The notes beneath the pieces were generated by a model. That model was not told the origin of the DNA, did no database searches, and worked only from the letters and a program-made list of their open reading frames with translations. A program made the translations under genes and the position numbers. This document shows, piece by piece, positions 1 through 14,500 of a stretch of DNA of 55,831 nt. The stretch is from Phoronis australis. Its lineage: Eukaryota > Animalia > Phoronida. The DNA lies in assembly GCA_002633005.1 (NCBI GenBank), contig NMRA01000255.1, positions 1-55,831 of the forward strand, in the 5' to 3' direction. Numbering within the stretch: position 1 is the stretch's first letter; every line of letters starts with the position of its first letter.

Positions 1-300
1 TGAGCCGTTGGTGAAGTAGCAATTTTTAAATGTATTTTTGTTGTGAGTAAAGTCTTGGTGTGAGTTTGTCACAATGCAGGTGTAATCACAATTTGACTGA
101 AGGCTGTCAATGTGCTCCAACAAACCACACATACTGCAATCCTTTCAAGGTGAGTGGGTGGAGTCACGAGGTGGGTGGAGTAAGAGTGCGGGTGGAGTTG
201 CAGTTTGAATTGTGTGGGTTGTGTCGTGGTGTGGGTTATGTCGTGCGAGTTGAATGTGTTTGGATTGAGTGTTGTGTTATGAGATTCGGAGGGGTCACAG

Positions 301-570
301 TTTATGCACCCTTATATACATATGTGGGCACGTTATGCCTTCATCGCTTTTTATTCAGCGTCTACTGCTTTATCTCTAAAACCCCCGTATGGTTGTTTGT
401 GAAATTTCGCAGTCCTGTTCTTATCTTGAAGGAGATGAGCAAATTTTGGAATGGATTTGACCTCTGTCATGCCCCCTAGTGGCAATTCATTTTTTACGTT
501 AGCCTGTATATCTACTGCAGAGTTCCTTCTAGTTGACAGATGTTCGTGAATTTTGGCAAAGAGGATCAAT
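301..570 (+). mobile_element. Older HINE-like fragment in the opposite orientation
   Basis: Degenerate terminus tttatgcaccc..gtgggcacgttatgcc plus a reverse-complement unit (atgccccctagtggcaatt, gtgaaattt). Confidence 0.55.
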
Positions 571-687
571 GAAACGACAACAATTGCCTTGTTTCAGATG
601 TATTTGACTTATGCTGCACCCCTTTTGTCGGTTTTATTTCGTGCATTAATACGATGTTTATAAACGCCCCTGGAAGCATGCTTTTTG

Positions 688-1155
688 AACGGACGCCGCC
701 CGTACGGACGGACGGAGATGACGGCATAATGCGTCCACATATAAATATGTGGGCGCATAAAAATGGCCACTAGGTGGCGCAAACTAAGTCGAATCCGTCC
801 GAAAACGGGAGAATAACGTCATCCCACTAATAGGTGCCTACATACCAAATTTCAAGAAAATCCGTTGAGGACTTTTGAAGACTCAAAGGTAAGCGTAAAA
901 AACTAAAATTGTCACTAGGGGCACACCGGTAGTCGCATCCGTCCGAAAGTTCGCTCATGCCGTCCCATATTCATGAATTGAACATATGTGTCAAATTTCA
1001 TGAAAGTATGTCAAAGGGTTTTGGAGATAGAGCAGCGGACGCCGGACGTCGGACGCCGGACGGACGGACGGACGGACGGACGGACGGACGGACGGACGGA
1101 CGGGGATGACGGCATAATGCGTCCGCATATACTTAAATATGTGGGCGCATAAAAA
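688..1155 (-). mobile_element. DINE-1/Helentron-associated (HINE-like) non-autonomous elements
   Basis: Terminal TTTTTATGCGCCCAC..GTGGACGCAT subterminal repeat/palindrome (present twice), (GGAC)n microsatellite at about 1035-1102, and about 145-bp internal units. Confidence 0.75.
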
Positions 1156-3884
1156 TGTCAAATGCTTTGATTTAAATACCGTTCACACAACGAAAATGAA
1201 ATTATCATATTTTAGACCACTAACGCTATTTCTGAGATCACTTCAGGAATACTTTCATAACATTGAATTCGATCTTATTATTGATACCGTTATCTTACTA
1301 TCAACGTGCCTTTGTTTTTTGCTAAGTTTTACGGTTTTTGAGAGACTGTGCCCTGAAACCAGGTATGAAACAGTGTACCTCAATAAATACAAATGCCTGA
1401 ATGATTGGCAAGTAGATTATTCACTTCGCTTTTCCAAATCAAACAAGTATTTGGTCCTATTTTGATGGCACACTGGAGTACACACATGTTGTCGAAACCG
1501 GTAACTTCCAGCATGTTGACAGATGAATTGGTTTCAGTAGTGTTAGTAGTCTTACGGCACCTTTGGTATACTGTCACTGCTCGCTACGTTAGTTCCTGCA
1601 TGTTTTACATGTCAGCCAAAGTCCAGTTGTTCGACAAATGGCCAAGTCGTTACACATCTACAATAAGATTAAAAGGAAATCAACCCCTTAGAAGTGAAAA
1701 ACCAATATGGCCGGAACTGATATCTAAAAGTGAGAGAGTTTGGGTCAATGGTATGACATCACGGTATTCCTAGGTCTGAACGTTAACTAGACCAAAAGTC
1801 CCTAAATCCGAAGTTCCACACAAGTCGGAAAGTCTATCAATTCGAAAGTTTAAAGTACGAACTTTCAGTACACGAGGTTCTGAACAGGATTTCGAGCAAG
1901 ATGTTCGGAGCTTATATACATGTACACATGTCCGTTTGAAACTAGTTCTTTGAAGAGCCTATGCTACTCAAAAGGATCAAAACAAAGTTCGGCAATGGTC
2001 ACTGAGCTGCATCTTACATTTTCAAATTTTGGTTTACAGCCACTAAAAGTATGGTGCTTCGCTGTCAATGACTTTGAATCGCTTGTGGGTGTCATGGACC
2101 TTTGGATTAGCTTCGAAATAACTGGCTTTTCTGTCTGCTTGAATTCTGAACCTTCGGATTTATAGGGCCTTTATAAAAACAATTTTCATTTGTCGCATAA
2201 TTTGCCTTCAGGCTTCTGAACCTTCACAGTATCGATCTCGATCCTATTTACACTAATGTGTTATGATTCGCAAGCTACGCCAATTACCTGATTAATTTTA
2301 GTCTTCGGTACTTAATTTCGGTCTTCCATCGTTCTTCTTCCGTTTTCGTTATCCGTGGGTAGCATCGTATCGTTGTTGCGTGAATATGGCGAGTAAATAA
2401 ACAAAAACCGGCATTAATAACAATCGAGGAATCAACTAGTGTTTTCAATTTGCAACTCGAATAGCATTACTAACTGAAAAATCCTTGTCAATGTCACGGC
2501 AGCTACATGTACTTCTCAGCTCCATCTGATTGCGGCATCTGCAGAGGAATTCAAATAATACCATTCAGCATGCGACTTTGAACGTCATTTGGATTTTTTC
2601 ATGCTGTCTTTCTTGTAATGTCAGGACTTGTGTTAGTATGTTAGTATGTTAGTGCAACTGTTAGTCAGGGTTAGAATGAGCGTTAGCGTCAACGCGAATA
2701 TACCAGCAAGACAAGTAACATACGTCTAGTGCAAGTGAATGGTATTAGATTTGATGGATGGAGAGATCTATCTATTAAGTACATGTGCGTCATCACCACC
2801 CAAGCACCAATACTTGAGTACAACCAAGAGCACGACTAAAATACAGTCAATTCTCAATACTTGAAATTAATTGCAAAGATCTATATACATGTACCACACA
2901 GAGTTGTCAAAGGAGGGGAACTGTAACTGCAAGAAACAGCCAGACAAAACTGATATCAATAACGAAAGTTAAACACCTCCATCGTACTTCATGTATTGGG
3001 TAAGACAGCATCTCATGGCGTGCGCCTTCACGTAAGAGGCAATTCCTTTGATTTTTTTACCTTTCCGACTCTGGTGGCTCAGCGACATCTTTGGTTCGCT
3101 GCTAGTGTTGGCGAGGTCAGGGTCGTCCTTGGTTAGGTCACGTATGACCATAGAAAAAATGTCTACATTTCCCTAACTTTAAAATAGCTGTTCAAGTTGA
3201 TGTATACTTTCAAATACAGCACATATCACGAATTTTTGTCCGCCCGGTCGGAAATTGGTCGACGACTGGCCGTACTATGATTAAACACTGTTCATAAAAC
3301 TTAAATGAAATGATTATATTTTAGAACATTTACAGTGTTTCACTCCTGGAACATTTTTATCAAACGAATATCCACTTTGTTATTAATACCGTTGTCTTAC
3401 TATCATTTTACCTTTTTAGCAGAAATTTACGCTTCTTGGGAAACTGTGCCTTGAAACCAGGTGTGAAACAGTGTACATGAATAAAGACAGTTGCCTGAAT
3501 GACTGGCGAGTAGTTACACTTCGCTTTTCCAAATCAAACAAGTGTTTGTTCATATTTTGATGGCTCATAAGAATACACGCATGTAGACCGAACCGGTGAC
3601 TTCCAGCTGAACGGTACCATAACTCTTGGCTCTGGTGTTATTCGTGGTCCTGTAGCACCATTTGTAAACTGCTCGCGACGTCAGGTCCCGCATGTTAATT
3701 GTAGACTGGTCAGCCAAAGTCCTGCCCTTTGACGAATGGCCAAGTCGGAACAAACAACTGCAAAAAGGTAAAAGAAAACCAATTCTTTAGAAGCGATAAA
3801 ACCTATAGTACCTCATTGCCCTCAGTTAACAACAAGTGAGATACAGTGAGACCCGAAGGTATGAAATCACGGTTGTCATGGTTC

Positions 3885-3950
3885 CGGACGAACGCCGGAC
3901 GGAGACGACGGCACAATGGGTCCACATATAAATTTGTGGGCGCATAATAA
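3885..3950 (-). mobile_element. HINE-like terminal fragment
   Basis: ggacgaacgccggacggagacgacggcacaatgggtccacatataaatttgtgggcgcataa matches 688-762. Confidence 0.65.
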
Positions 3951-4237
3951 CACACCAGTTAACCAAAATCCAGTAGGTTGACAAAAAGCGAAGTCGCTTA
4001 CATAAGATCTTCTAATTAGCATATACAAATACCAGTTTTCTGCTCTGTGGTTTGAAAGCAGTTATTAAACCATACACAGGAATACATGTACTTTCAATAG
4101 ATCATACAAGTACAACCATGTAGTCAAAAGCTAAAATTTTGAGGATGCTTTCAGATGAGACACACCATACCTTTTGACTCTGGTTTGTTTGGTTCTCAGT
4201 TATTCGGATATCATCGCGATTCTTTCGGAAGTTAGTG

Positions 4238-5022
4238 CCGCCCGTAATTACGATCGCAATTACAAGAGACTGCGCTCGTGTTTTACGACCGTAATCGTTA
4301 AATCCAATGAGAAATTGGTTTGTACTTTACGTGAGCTCAGCAGAAATTCTAGCTCGAAATTTTACGCTCGTATTTTTCGTTCGTAATTTTAGCAAGTAGC
4401 CGTTTGATTCAAGTACCAGTCCACGAGATCACCAGCATTTGATATTGTTTTGTGGTGCAAATGGTTTGTTATCCAAGTGTCTTGAATAAAGAATGAATAA
4501 TTTACCATCAACATTTGGAAACTCTACTGCATTACCCCAAAAACGGATTTGAACCAATGTTTTTGCAATTTTATATTATCTGCAAACATCGTTAAGAGTA
4601 AGAAAACGAAACTTGGTCCAAATAATGAAAAAGCATGGTAATTTTAACAAATGAAATAAGACAACCTGCTAGATATACATTTTGGCACCTCAGTATGTAT
4701 TAAAACGGATCACTTTCAAATGCATGGGATAGCTAGGGCAGCAAGTAAAAAAAATTCAGTCAGTCATCGATATTCTTCAATCTTTTGCTCTGATAAACTT
4801 TGCACCTGGGATTTTATCTTCTGAACACTTCATAATATGTGCAAAAATACAAGCGTAAAATAACGTACATAAAATTACTAGTGTAAAATGACGAACGTAA
4901 ATTTACGAGAATACAACTGCTTCAGAGCTCACGTGACCTGCAGACCAATTTATCATGGGACATCAGAGTTACAGTAGTAAAACGCTAGCTTTATCATAGT
5001 CTCGGTCGTAATTACGAGCGTC
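4238..5022. mobile_element. Old foldback/MITE with degenerate TIRs of about 150 bp
   Basis: 4238-4392 is the diverged reverse complement of 4870-5022 (CGTAATTACG, AAATTGGT and ACGTGAGCTC shared). Confidence 0.6.
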
Positions 5023-5934
5023 CATCAAAATCCAGTGGTTTGACAAATGTAAAATTACTCAAATAAAATAAAGCAATTAAGATTACATGAAGTTAACCCC
5101 CGAGAAAGAACAGAACATATTTGAGCTGAACTGAAATTTTCAATGTATGTATTTTACAACGTAAAGTGTAAATTGAATTGGTTAGGAAAATAAAGCAACG
5201 CCGCTGCAAGGGGGAAAATATCAGAAAACTGGATTTCTTACAGTGCTGTTTTTGGTGAATGTATAGGATTGTATTCTGTCGGTCAACAAACAAAATAAGT
5301 ACTTTTATTCATTATAACTTAAAATAACTAGTGAATACCATTCAATCATTCCCCATATTGTCCTTATAATTGTCACCGAACCGGACTTGCACCGTTTTTT
5401 TCATTTTAGACGACCTAAAAACATCAAAAGCAGAAAATTTACTGATTGATTTAAACAGACTAAAAATTTCAGAATACATGCCATAGTTAGTAAAATTGAT
5501 CATTTAATCCCAAACAGCTCTTAAAAAGTTCTTATTACTTCAATAGCGCTGTGCGTGATTGCGATAATGCAAGCACAGTTCTTGTGAGATCTTTGCAAAA
5601 GCATACCCTCCTTTCTGCGAATTTGACCACACTACAAAAAGGTGCTCTAAACCGTGCGGCCAAAACATATAGATTTTCAAATCAATGTCTTTTGTCCGAT
5701 GTAATTATGATAATATCAATCTGCTCAGTGCACATTGCCGAACTTTGTTTGGATCCCTTTGAGAGGCACTGGCTCTCCGAAGAAGTGGTTTCAAACAGGT
5801 ACGTGCATATAAATCCCCGAACACCAAATTACTATCAGAACCTCGAGTCACGAAAGTTCAATTTTTAATTTTCGGAGTTGTGTAGCATCTTTTTAGTACC
5901 GGACTTGTACTAGCAACGTACCTTAGGGGCCAAC

Positions 5935-6153
5935 ATACCCCCACGTCATGCAGTGTTGTTCCTAAACACCACGTCACGATATTAACGGTTGAATGATTTA
6001 CGGCGGATCATTTTCAATACCAAGCTCGTTCTTAGAATTTGCCGGTAATGTTCAACCTACTTCATATTCACATCGTCGCTATATACTGTGTTTCAATCTA
6101 ATATGATCAAGCAATTACAGAAATAAGGAAATAGGGTGCAAGTTCCACTTTAA
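5935..6153 (-). mobile_element. Terminal fragment of a TTAA-flanked (Kolobok-like) repeat
   Basis: The reverse complement TTAA|AGTGGAACTTGCAC... aligns with 21918-22140. Confidence 0.6.
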
Positions 6154-9100
6154 ATCACTAGTCTCTGGTGTCATAGACCCTCAGACTAGTTTCGAACTTA
6201 CTAGTTTTACATTTTGTCGGATTTGCGAATCTTCGGCCTTCAAAGGGCCTTTTAAAAATATTTTCATTTGTCGGATTATGGGCCTTTGGACTTGTGAAAG
6301 TTCGAAGTATCTACGTATTGCACTGTGACACACAAGCAACATTATATTACCTCCATAATTTTAATCTTCGGTTGTTGATTTTCGTCTTCCGTCCTCCTTC
6401 ATCCATTTCGGTTATCCATGGCTCGCAGCTTACCGTTGGGGGTATATGTAGGGTGTAAATACATGTATACAAAGTGCATTTATAGCATTTACAAACAATC
6501 GACAAATCAAAGATTGTTTTCAATTTTCCACTCGGAGACTAATTGAAAACTCCTTTCATCCCTACCTCGGCAGTCATCGATCACGGGAACCACTGCTGGT
6601 TGTGGCGTCCGCAGAGGAATTCAATTAACACCACTCAACATGTATTTTGTGACTTTGAACGTTGTGTTCATTCATGCTGTCTCTCTTATTAGATGTTAGG
6701 ACACCTGTTAGTACGTTAATTAGTGCAATTGTTAGTAGGGGTTAGAAAGAGCAGCAAGAAAAGTAACAAACGTCATTTGCAAGCGAATGATAATGAAATT
6801 GATAGATGGATCCATTGAAATGCATGCGCGTCGTCGACCCATTTGTACAACCCACAGTACAATTAAATACAGCCAACACTTAAAATACATTACTACGAAC
6901 TGGACACCACACTGTTTTCACGGGTGGAGAATTGTCATCCAGACTAAAATTTGATGAATAACGGAACTTACACACCTGCATCATTCGGCATGTATCGGAT
7001 AAGACATCATCTCATTCTGCGCGCCCTCTCGGAAATTGCCACAATCTGACACAGCAGGCCGTTCAACTCAAAAGGAAAATTTCTATTGGTCATTCTATTA
7101 CTCCTCGGAAGGGGTTGTAGTTCTTTCCAGTAAAATCTGGGCACTTACAGACCGTTGTGTATCCGTAATTATTTAAAGCATATCTGAAATAATTATCAAG
7201 TTACAACTGCTGGAGAAGACATTTACAAATTCAACCAAGCCATCTAAGTGCAACAGCCAGATAACCACGTCGTTACACCATCCAGTCAATAAACCCGTCT
7301 TTTAGAAATTCTGAATACTGAAAGTGTGCTCTCAATGGAAGTCATCTGTGATCCTGCAGTGAAGACTCTCGCGGATAGATCTTTGTGGAAACTGCATTTC
7401 AATGGGATACCTTCAAGAACCGTATGTGGGCAACGACGAAGTCATGACACAGGTCGTTCATCGGTATTGTTTCGTGGACAGGAGATTTGCCTTAAAGGCG
7501 GTGGTACCTCAAACAATTGACGGACAGGCAGGTGTCTTTGTAGCAAATCCGTCAACTTCAAGAGCTATGTCTTTCGATTTAGAGAACTCGTATTGCTTTC
7601 CACTACCAGGCTCTACCCAGTGGCGTATTTAGGGGGGAGGGGCATCACGTGACCTATAGTTAAGTCTAATAATATTGACCGGGATTTTCTGCTAACTGAA
7701 GGTTAGCAGAAAGTTTATAAAGTAGCACTGGATTTCTAAAAATAGGATTTATTTTCTAAAATAGTTTTGAATTTCTAAAATACCTTTGAATAGGATTGAA
7801 TTTATATAACAGGATTGAATTTATAGAGTTGCATTGAATTTTCAGAAGGATTGATTTTTATTTCAACTAAGAGTGAATTGATTAAAGAGCACTGAGTTTA
7901 CAAAATAGGATTTTTATTTTTAAATAATATTTGCCTCTTCTGATGCCCATATAAACCCCTCCTCTCATGCGAAACTCATTTCCCAGACTGAATTTTGTGC
8001 CGCGTACCTGCCAACTATCCAATTTTTGGCTGTCGCGGAATGGTCCTGCTTTTTGAAGCTTTGTCCTGGGTCCCGCCAACTGTACTTCTGTTTGACACAC
8101 GCGATGACGAAATTTACATATCATTCTAGGTATATAACTGTGTTTGTCCCCCTAATTTCTCCGTTCCATTTTGTAGGAATGACAAAATAAAAATTCGACG
8201 TCGTCTTCTGGTTGTTGCGGCAGACATTTGTCCATTGTGATCGAAGAAGACTAAACCGAACGGCAATACACCCCAGAATTGGCTATGAGTGGGCTAGGCG
8301 ATTATATCGCCGATGCACGCCGCAGACGTACAGCCAGCGGAGGGGCTACGTGTTGTCTAGCATTGGGCTTCAGAAATCATGATTTCAAAATAAGCATTTT
8401 TTGTAAAATCAGTACCGTGCAGAAGGGGGTGTGGTGGGGCGACGGGGGGACGGGGCGACAGCCACGGGCATCGATCTACAGCGGGGGGTCATCCAATTAC
8501 TATGAATAAACTTTTTGAAATTGTGACTGATTTGTAATTGACTAAAGTTTCTATGTTATATTTCGTCTTTTTTATTTTTCTTAGCATAAGGGTCCTGCAT
8601 AGGATTTGATTAGAGAAGAGGCATGCAATGAAAAAGTCGCCCCAAACCTCTGCACGCTACTGTGTGTATTTTGCCTACCGGCAACTTGTTAACTACTTGT
8701 TATTTGGAAGAGGATCAAGAATTTGTGCCCTGACCGTTTCCTGTCTGTCGACGGAGGTAAGCCGAGACGCCGCGCCGGTGCCTCGACGGCCGGCCAGGGT
8801 AGGGCTGTACTAGTTGAGTAGTGGTCTTGTGGGTGGGATGTGGTGGGGTGGGGCTCCAACAACAATAAATCCCAAAAATGGCATTACTGACATTGTCCTG
8901 TCTTGCACCGCGACCCAGGTGGACCCCCCTAAATCTGTCAGTCTGAGTGTAATGCAGGCCTAGTGAACACCGAAATGTCGGACCGAAATTGCATCTCAGT
9001 TATCTTTGCACCGTTAAGCAAATCCCAGGTGTCTCAAGTAAAGAGCCTGACATGAGAATCGGACACAACTGAAGCCCGTGGAACCGAACCTTCATAGATA

Positions 9101-9653
9101 AACTGTGTTGTTTTTCTTCCTGAGCCCCAGCCAGGGGCCTAAAACACATTTGGTCGGATTAGAAATACCGCCTTTCATATAATAGAACTAAAGAAAATAG
9201 TGCCAGACGCATATAACTAACTTACTTGTGTATCAGTAATGTTATCCAGAGAGGATTCGTTTTGGGTTTACTGCAACTCGAATGAATAGACTCAACACAA
9301 GTGACCCAGCGATCTCTATCAGGTTGAGACTGCCTGGGTGAAAGCGTGTTTTCCGATTGTTCACTTCATGTTTAGTTCCGTTAATTCTCACCGCGAAACT
9401 CGTGGGTTTGAATGTACTTTAGTTATTTCAACGTGGATGACATTGCATATTGTAGAAAGGTACGAAAAACCGTGTCATTGGCTGTCCTGCCAAACCGTTT
9501 GTTCCTACAATGGATTTTTGCACTTTTAGATGTTTTTGACCGTGTATAATAATTTGTAACACAACATCTAACTAAACATGCACTTATTTTGGGAAATAAT
9601 TGAGTAATTATGTATTTTAAAGAAAAATTAATGATCCTTTGGTTTTCCGTCAG

Positions 9654-9971
9654 GTGAAGTCATCAGTGGAAGACATTACAAAGACGTAGAGCAAGTTTGA
9701 CGAGTATTATGAAGACAGGTTTGGAGATGGGGGTGAAGACGACACTCAGGCCATAGATAAAACAGGTAATGAGTTAGACCTGTTCGCCCGGCCAGGAAAC
9801 GCAGGAGTCCACTCTCTACGAACAACTGAAATTAAAGATATCGCTCAAATTGGAATTCCGAAGTTACAGCAGTGCATGTATTTATACTTTCTTCTGTTAC
9901 TGTGGAATGTACTTCTCAACTGGTTGAGAAGTCATTTTCAACATGGTGGAAAGTACCACAAAAGTAAAAAA
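9654..9971 (+). pseudogene. Possible decayed hAT transposase C-terminal (dimerisation) fragment
   Basis: Broken frames give NELDLF, IPKLQ and LSSVTVECTSQLVEKSFST, which resemble ELDxY / FPxL / PxTSxxxERSFS. The sequence runs into the gap. Confidence 0.3.
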
Positions 9972-10631
9972 NNNNNNNNNNNNNNNNNNNNNNNNNNNNN
10001 NNNNNNNNNNNNNNNNNNNNNNNNNNNNNNNNNNNNNNNNNNNNNNNNNNNNNNNNNNNNNNNNNNNNNNNNNNNNNNNNNNNNNNNNNNNNNNNNNNNN
10101 NNNNNNNNNNNNNNNNNNNNNNNNNNNNNNNNNNNNNNNNNNNNNNNNNNNNNNNNNNNNNNNNNNNNNNNNNNNNNNNNNNNNNNNNNNNNNNNNNNNN
10201 NNNNNNNNNNNNNNNNNNNNNNNNNNNNNNNNNNNNNNNNNNNNNNNNNNNNNNNNNNNNNNNNNNNNNNNNNNNNNNNNNNNNNNNNNNNNNNNNNNNN
10301 NNNNNNNNNNNNNNNNNNNNNNNNNNNNNNNNNNNNNNNNNNNNNNNNNNNNNNNNNNNNNNNNNNNNNNNNNNNNNNNNNNNNNNNNNNNNNNNNNNNN
10401 NNNNNNNNNNNNNNNNNNNNNNNNNNNNNNNNNNNNNNNNNNNNNNNNNNNNNNNNNNNNNNNNNNNNNNNNNNNNNNNNNNNNNNNNNNNNNNNNNNNN
10501 NNNNNNNNNNNNNNNNNNNNNNNNNNNNNNNNNNNNNNNNNNNNNNNNNNNNNNNNNNNNNNNNNNNNNNNNNNNNNNNNNNNNNNNNNNNNNNNNNNNN
10601 NNNNNNNNNNNNNNNNNNNNNNNNNNNNNNN
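9972..10631. other. Assembly gap (660 N)
   Basis: Run of N. Confidence 1.
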
Positions 10632-11471
10632 AGCAGAAAGAGTCACTGAAGAAAGTAAGAGCCTTTTAGGTGCTAATTTTAGGTGTAGAATGTATTTTCG
10701 ACGAGGTGAAAACTTTACCAATGAGCGGATTTCGCCTACCGCCCGTTTAAAATACACGGGACGAAATTAGTACAGAACGCGATAGAACGTATTGTAATGC
10801 GAATCTGAAGTTCATTTGCCATAACAGCAATGCTTTTGGGCATTTTTCGAAATAAACGGCTAAAAACTCGAAGACAATAACAGAATACACTCTGCTACCG
10901 TGTTGGGCAAATGACCAAACGACAAGCTTTTGCCCCACTTCCCGTGACGTCACAGTTAAGTCTCACATAATCTCGCGTTATTGTTATAAACTCGCAAAAG
11001 GCCTATTCATATCACCTATCTACTTTCAAAACTTTGTTGTTCCAAATCAGAGGCGTAGTTACGACACATATGCACGCGCGTCCTAGACAAAGTGAAAAAT
11101 GTTAGTTTTCTAATAATAATAATAATAATAAAAATTAGTTTGTAAGGAGTTTTTGGTTGATAATTTTGTTTACAAAACACTTCCACAGCTCATCCAAACT
11201 ATAGGGAAGAAAATTTTCCCACTGTAACCCCAACCTTTTAGTACGTAGTTTCCACGATTGCAGAAATCAGAACACACTTTTAAAAACTGTTACATATTTC
11301 TATTTGACAAATGTTGTAGTACTTCCATAAAAATTGATTCTATAAACATCTTCTCGTTGTATGCATCTCCTCCCATGCAATTATGAGAAGCCACTACACA
11401 ATATATACATTGTCTCTTAACTCTGTACACCATAGTCCAATAAGACATCCTTGCTGCTTTCAAGAAGCGCA

Positions 11472-11549
11472 TCAAAGAAGTCCCTGTCGCTTTAAATCAT
11501 CAAAAGTCTTCTTGTTGACAACATTTCCAACAGAGTCTTCATATTCCTC
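11472..11549 (-). CDS. SF3A3: SF3A3 exon 15 (78 nt including TGA)
   Basis: tttcag|[25 protein letters not shown]. Confidence 0.96.
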   Translation of the reverse strand, partial: EEYEDSVGNVVNKKTFDDLKRQGLL

Positions 11550-14500
11550 CTGAAAATATAGCAAGTAATATCAATATTTCTGAAACTTGGGCAGTCACAG
11601 TACACTGAAACGAGCATCATTCAGGTAAATGTGAAGACCAGTATAAGTAAAAAACAAAAAATGCAGTTGGAAATAATTTGATTTTGAGAACTTGATGGTA
11701 CGCATGAACTGTTAACTTTGTACATGTCACAATAAATATGTATCAGCCATTGCTGTGAAAATGTGTCCCAATTAAAACTCTAGAAATTCACAATGGTACT
11801 GAGAGAACACAAACCTCCATGTCCGGTTTCCATCTCTCAGAATCTTTGTTGGTCTTTAATTTCTGCCATACTGCAATGAAGAAATCGCAATTGTAATGTC
11901 AACCATGTGAGACCCTACGAACATCTAACACACATCAAGTTAAATGTGTGCAAAGTTTGGACTATGATCAGCATGCTATGAAAGAAATCCTCACAGGTGT
12001 AATGCTAACCATGTGAAACACAAAGTAAATGTCAAATACATGTGAAATCATGAGTGTATAATGTTCAGACTGAAATCATGTTACCAAAAACATCAACAAG
12101 AGAAACACACAGATTATGAATATGCACAGAGAAAGTTAAACGTGTGATAAGTTTGGATGGTGATTTTCACCTCATGAAAACATCTACAACAGAAGAGCGT
12201 AACAATGGAAATGAAGCCATGATCTGTACTTTTGTCATACATGTGTGTGTGGTGCAAAACCCAGATATTTAGCCAGACACCAGAGTGAACATGACATCCA
12301 CTTGGTTGTTGGTAATTCAACGTTTGTGAAGCTGTGATGGACAAACTATCAGTAACCAAATCCTACCTTACATTACCACAATGTAACTGCCTCAAGAAAC
12401 TTTAAGCCCTGTAAAGATATCACCAATTTTTCCTCATCAAAGTTACTTACATGCCACTGCATCTTCTATAAGAGTAACATTGGCAAAATGAGCTGTGTTG
12501 GGGATACCCAGGCACCTCATTCCGTGAGCGTGGCGCCATTCCTGAAACAAATCGAAAACCAAATTCTTAAACTAGCAGCAGTAAAACACAGAATAACTTT
12601 TATAACATTCCAACATTCATCTGTACATGAAAAATGCATCTCGTACTGAAAGAAAAAGAAAGGGTGGTTTCAAACATAATTTAGTAACCAGAAAATGAAG
12701 TTACACGTAGATTGTAGGCAGTTCAAAAATGTCATTTGTTGACCTTTCAACAGTCTGTGTGTGGTTTTAGAATACATCACCAGGTCAGCATAATGATTAG
12801 GATTAAACAAATTAATGTAAATAGTTTAAAGCAGATGCTCTGTGGCAATTGCAACAGATTTTGCAATGAGAAAAGCCCAGACCACAGTGGCAACGTTACA
12901 AGTTTAGCCAAAAAAGAGCATGCTACTGAAGGTGGCTAACACAACAAGAGCAACGCGGAGCGTTGAAATGCGCCCACGAATGCATCGCAAATGGTGTGCT
13001 GTTAGGGTTGCTTATTTGTGACATAACAATGGCCACTAGATGGCGCAAAAACATACAATCCATCTGAAAACAGGAACATGTCATTGCTTATTTAATAGAA
13101 AGCTATACACCAAATTTCATAAAAATCCGTCACGGAACTTCAGAGAAACAAAGGAAAACAGAATAAAATGAAATTGCCACTAGGGGGCAGTTTTCATTGG
13201 ATGCGCCTGAAAGTCGTCATTGTTGTTACCATCATATAAATACATTTACTAATTAAATTTAATACAGAACCTACTGTGGGTTTAGGAGATACAGCTATGG
13301 GCGCAAAACAAAACAAAACAAAACTACCACTAGGAAGCGCCACAGTAGTCATTGTCAACCGTCCTCTTCAAACTGAGAACGTATAAGCCAATTTTCAAAA
13401 CTATCCTTAGAATGATTTGACTCAAAAAGCAGCAAAAATAGCCACTAGGTGGTGCAAAATACATTGATTTCATCTGAAAACGGGAGGATAGCGTCATATC
13501 TCCAATAGATGCCGGTATTCAAAATTTCATGGAAATCTGTTGAGGATCTTACTGAGGAAGTTACAGAGGTAAACGTAAAACTAAAATTACCACCAGGGGG
13601 CATACCAGTAGTCAGATCCATCCCAAAATCATCGTCGTCTGTTTTCGACATCATATAAACACACATCTTAAATTTAGTAAAGATCCTGCAAACAGTTTAG
13701 GAGATATAGCCATGGACGCAAAAAAAGAAACTGCCACTAGGAGGTGCCACAGTAGTCAAAGTCATCAGAAAATCATTGTTAGCCGTCCACTTCATAATAC
13801 AAGAGCAACGCAGAGCGTTGAAATGCGCCCACAATTGCACCGCAAACGGTATCCTTCTAGGGTTGTTTATTGGGACCATAAAGTGGCCAGAAGAGGGCAT
13901 ATATGTATGTTGTACTTAGCAAAATGGAAAGGCGTGAACATTGTCTCCTCAATAGGCTAGGGGCAAAATGTGAGTAATCTTCATAATACAAGCACATCCT
14001 ATACACCAGTTGCTTAAAGCACCACAGAAACATAGAATTAAAAATAAATTTACCAACATACGAGATTAGCACAGCATTAGAATGCCAGAAACAAATTTCT
14101 ACTTGGAACTTTTCCTTCATAGTCACGAAGTAACACAAAGTATACACCTGAAGACCTATGAAAATACAGAGGTCAATGTAAAATACTAAAATTGCCACTA
14201 GAGGCANTTTAGTTGTATTGTTTTGTTTTGTCATTCTGTTTGATTGGCATGACCCCTGAGTTAAATGCAGTGATGATGTAATTTGTTTACTACAGTATAG
14301 TGTGGAACTTTCTAGAAGACTCTAGCATGACAGTGATTAATGCAGTCTGGAATATTCTATAGACTAGTATATGTTTGTAGAATGATTGGGTAGATTCAGG
14401 AAAGTTCTAGAAATGTGCTTGAATTGATGAAAAGTTCCAGAACAATGCAGTAGGCTATAAATACACAAGCACGGGTTTGTGTTAGTAAGATTACGTCAGT

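Larger units (their letters stand above)
1180..7030. repeat. Old diverged tandem duplication (1180-1780 ~ 3290-3890; 2085-3030 ~ 6165-7030)
   Basis: Shared blocks include CACTTCGCTTTTCCAAATCAAACAAGT (1422/3516), ATTTTCATTTGTCG and GCAGAGGAATTCAA (2540/6611). The second copy is split by transposon fragments. Confidence 0.8.

Noticed and set aside
60-479. Cys-rich 139-aa ORF at the window start
   Set aside because: It starts at GTG, runs through low-complexity GT-rich sequence and overlaps a HINE fragment. A faint LINE-endonuclease-like CYFTN on the minus strand is too short to call.
9876-10770. Three long ORFs (257-286 aa) in the ORF track
   Set aside because: They are artefacts of translating through the 660-N gap.
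13030-13790. Regularly spaced repeats as a CRISPR array
   Set aside because: The context is eukaryotic, the whole units including the 'spacers' are homologous to each other, and no cas genes are present. They are transposon-internal tandem repeats.
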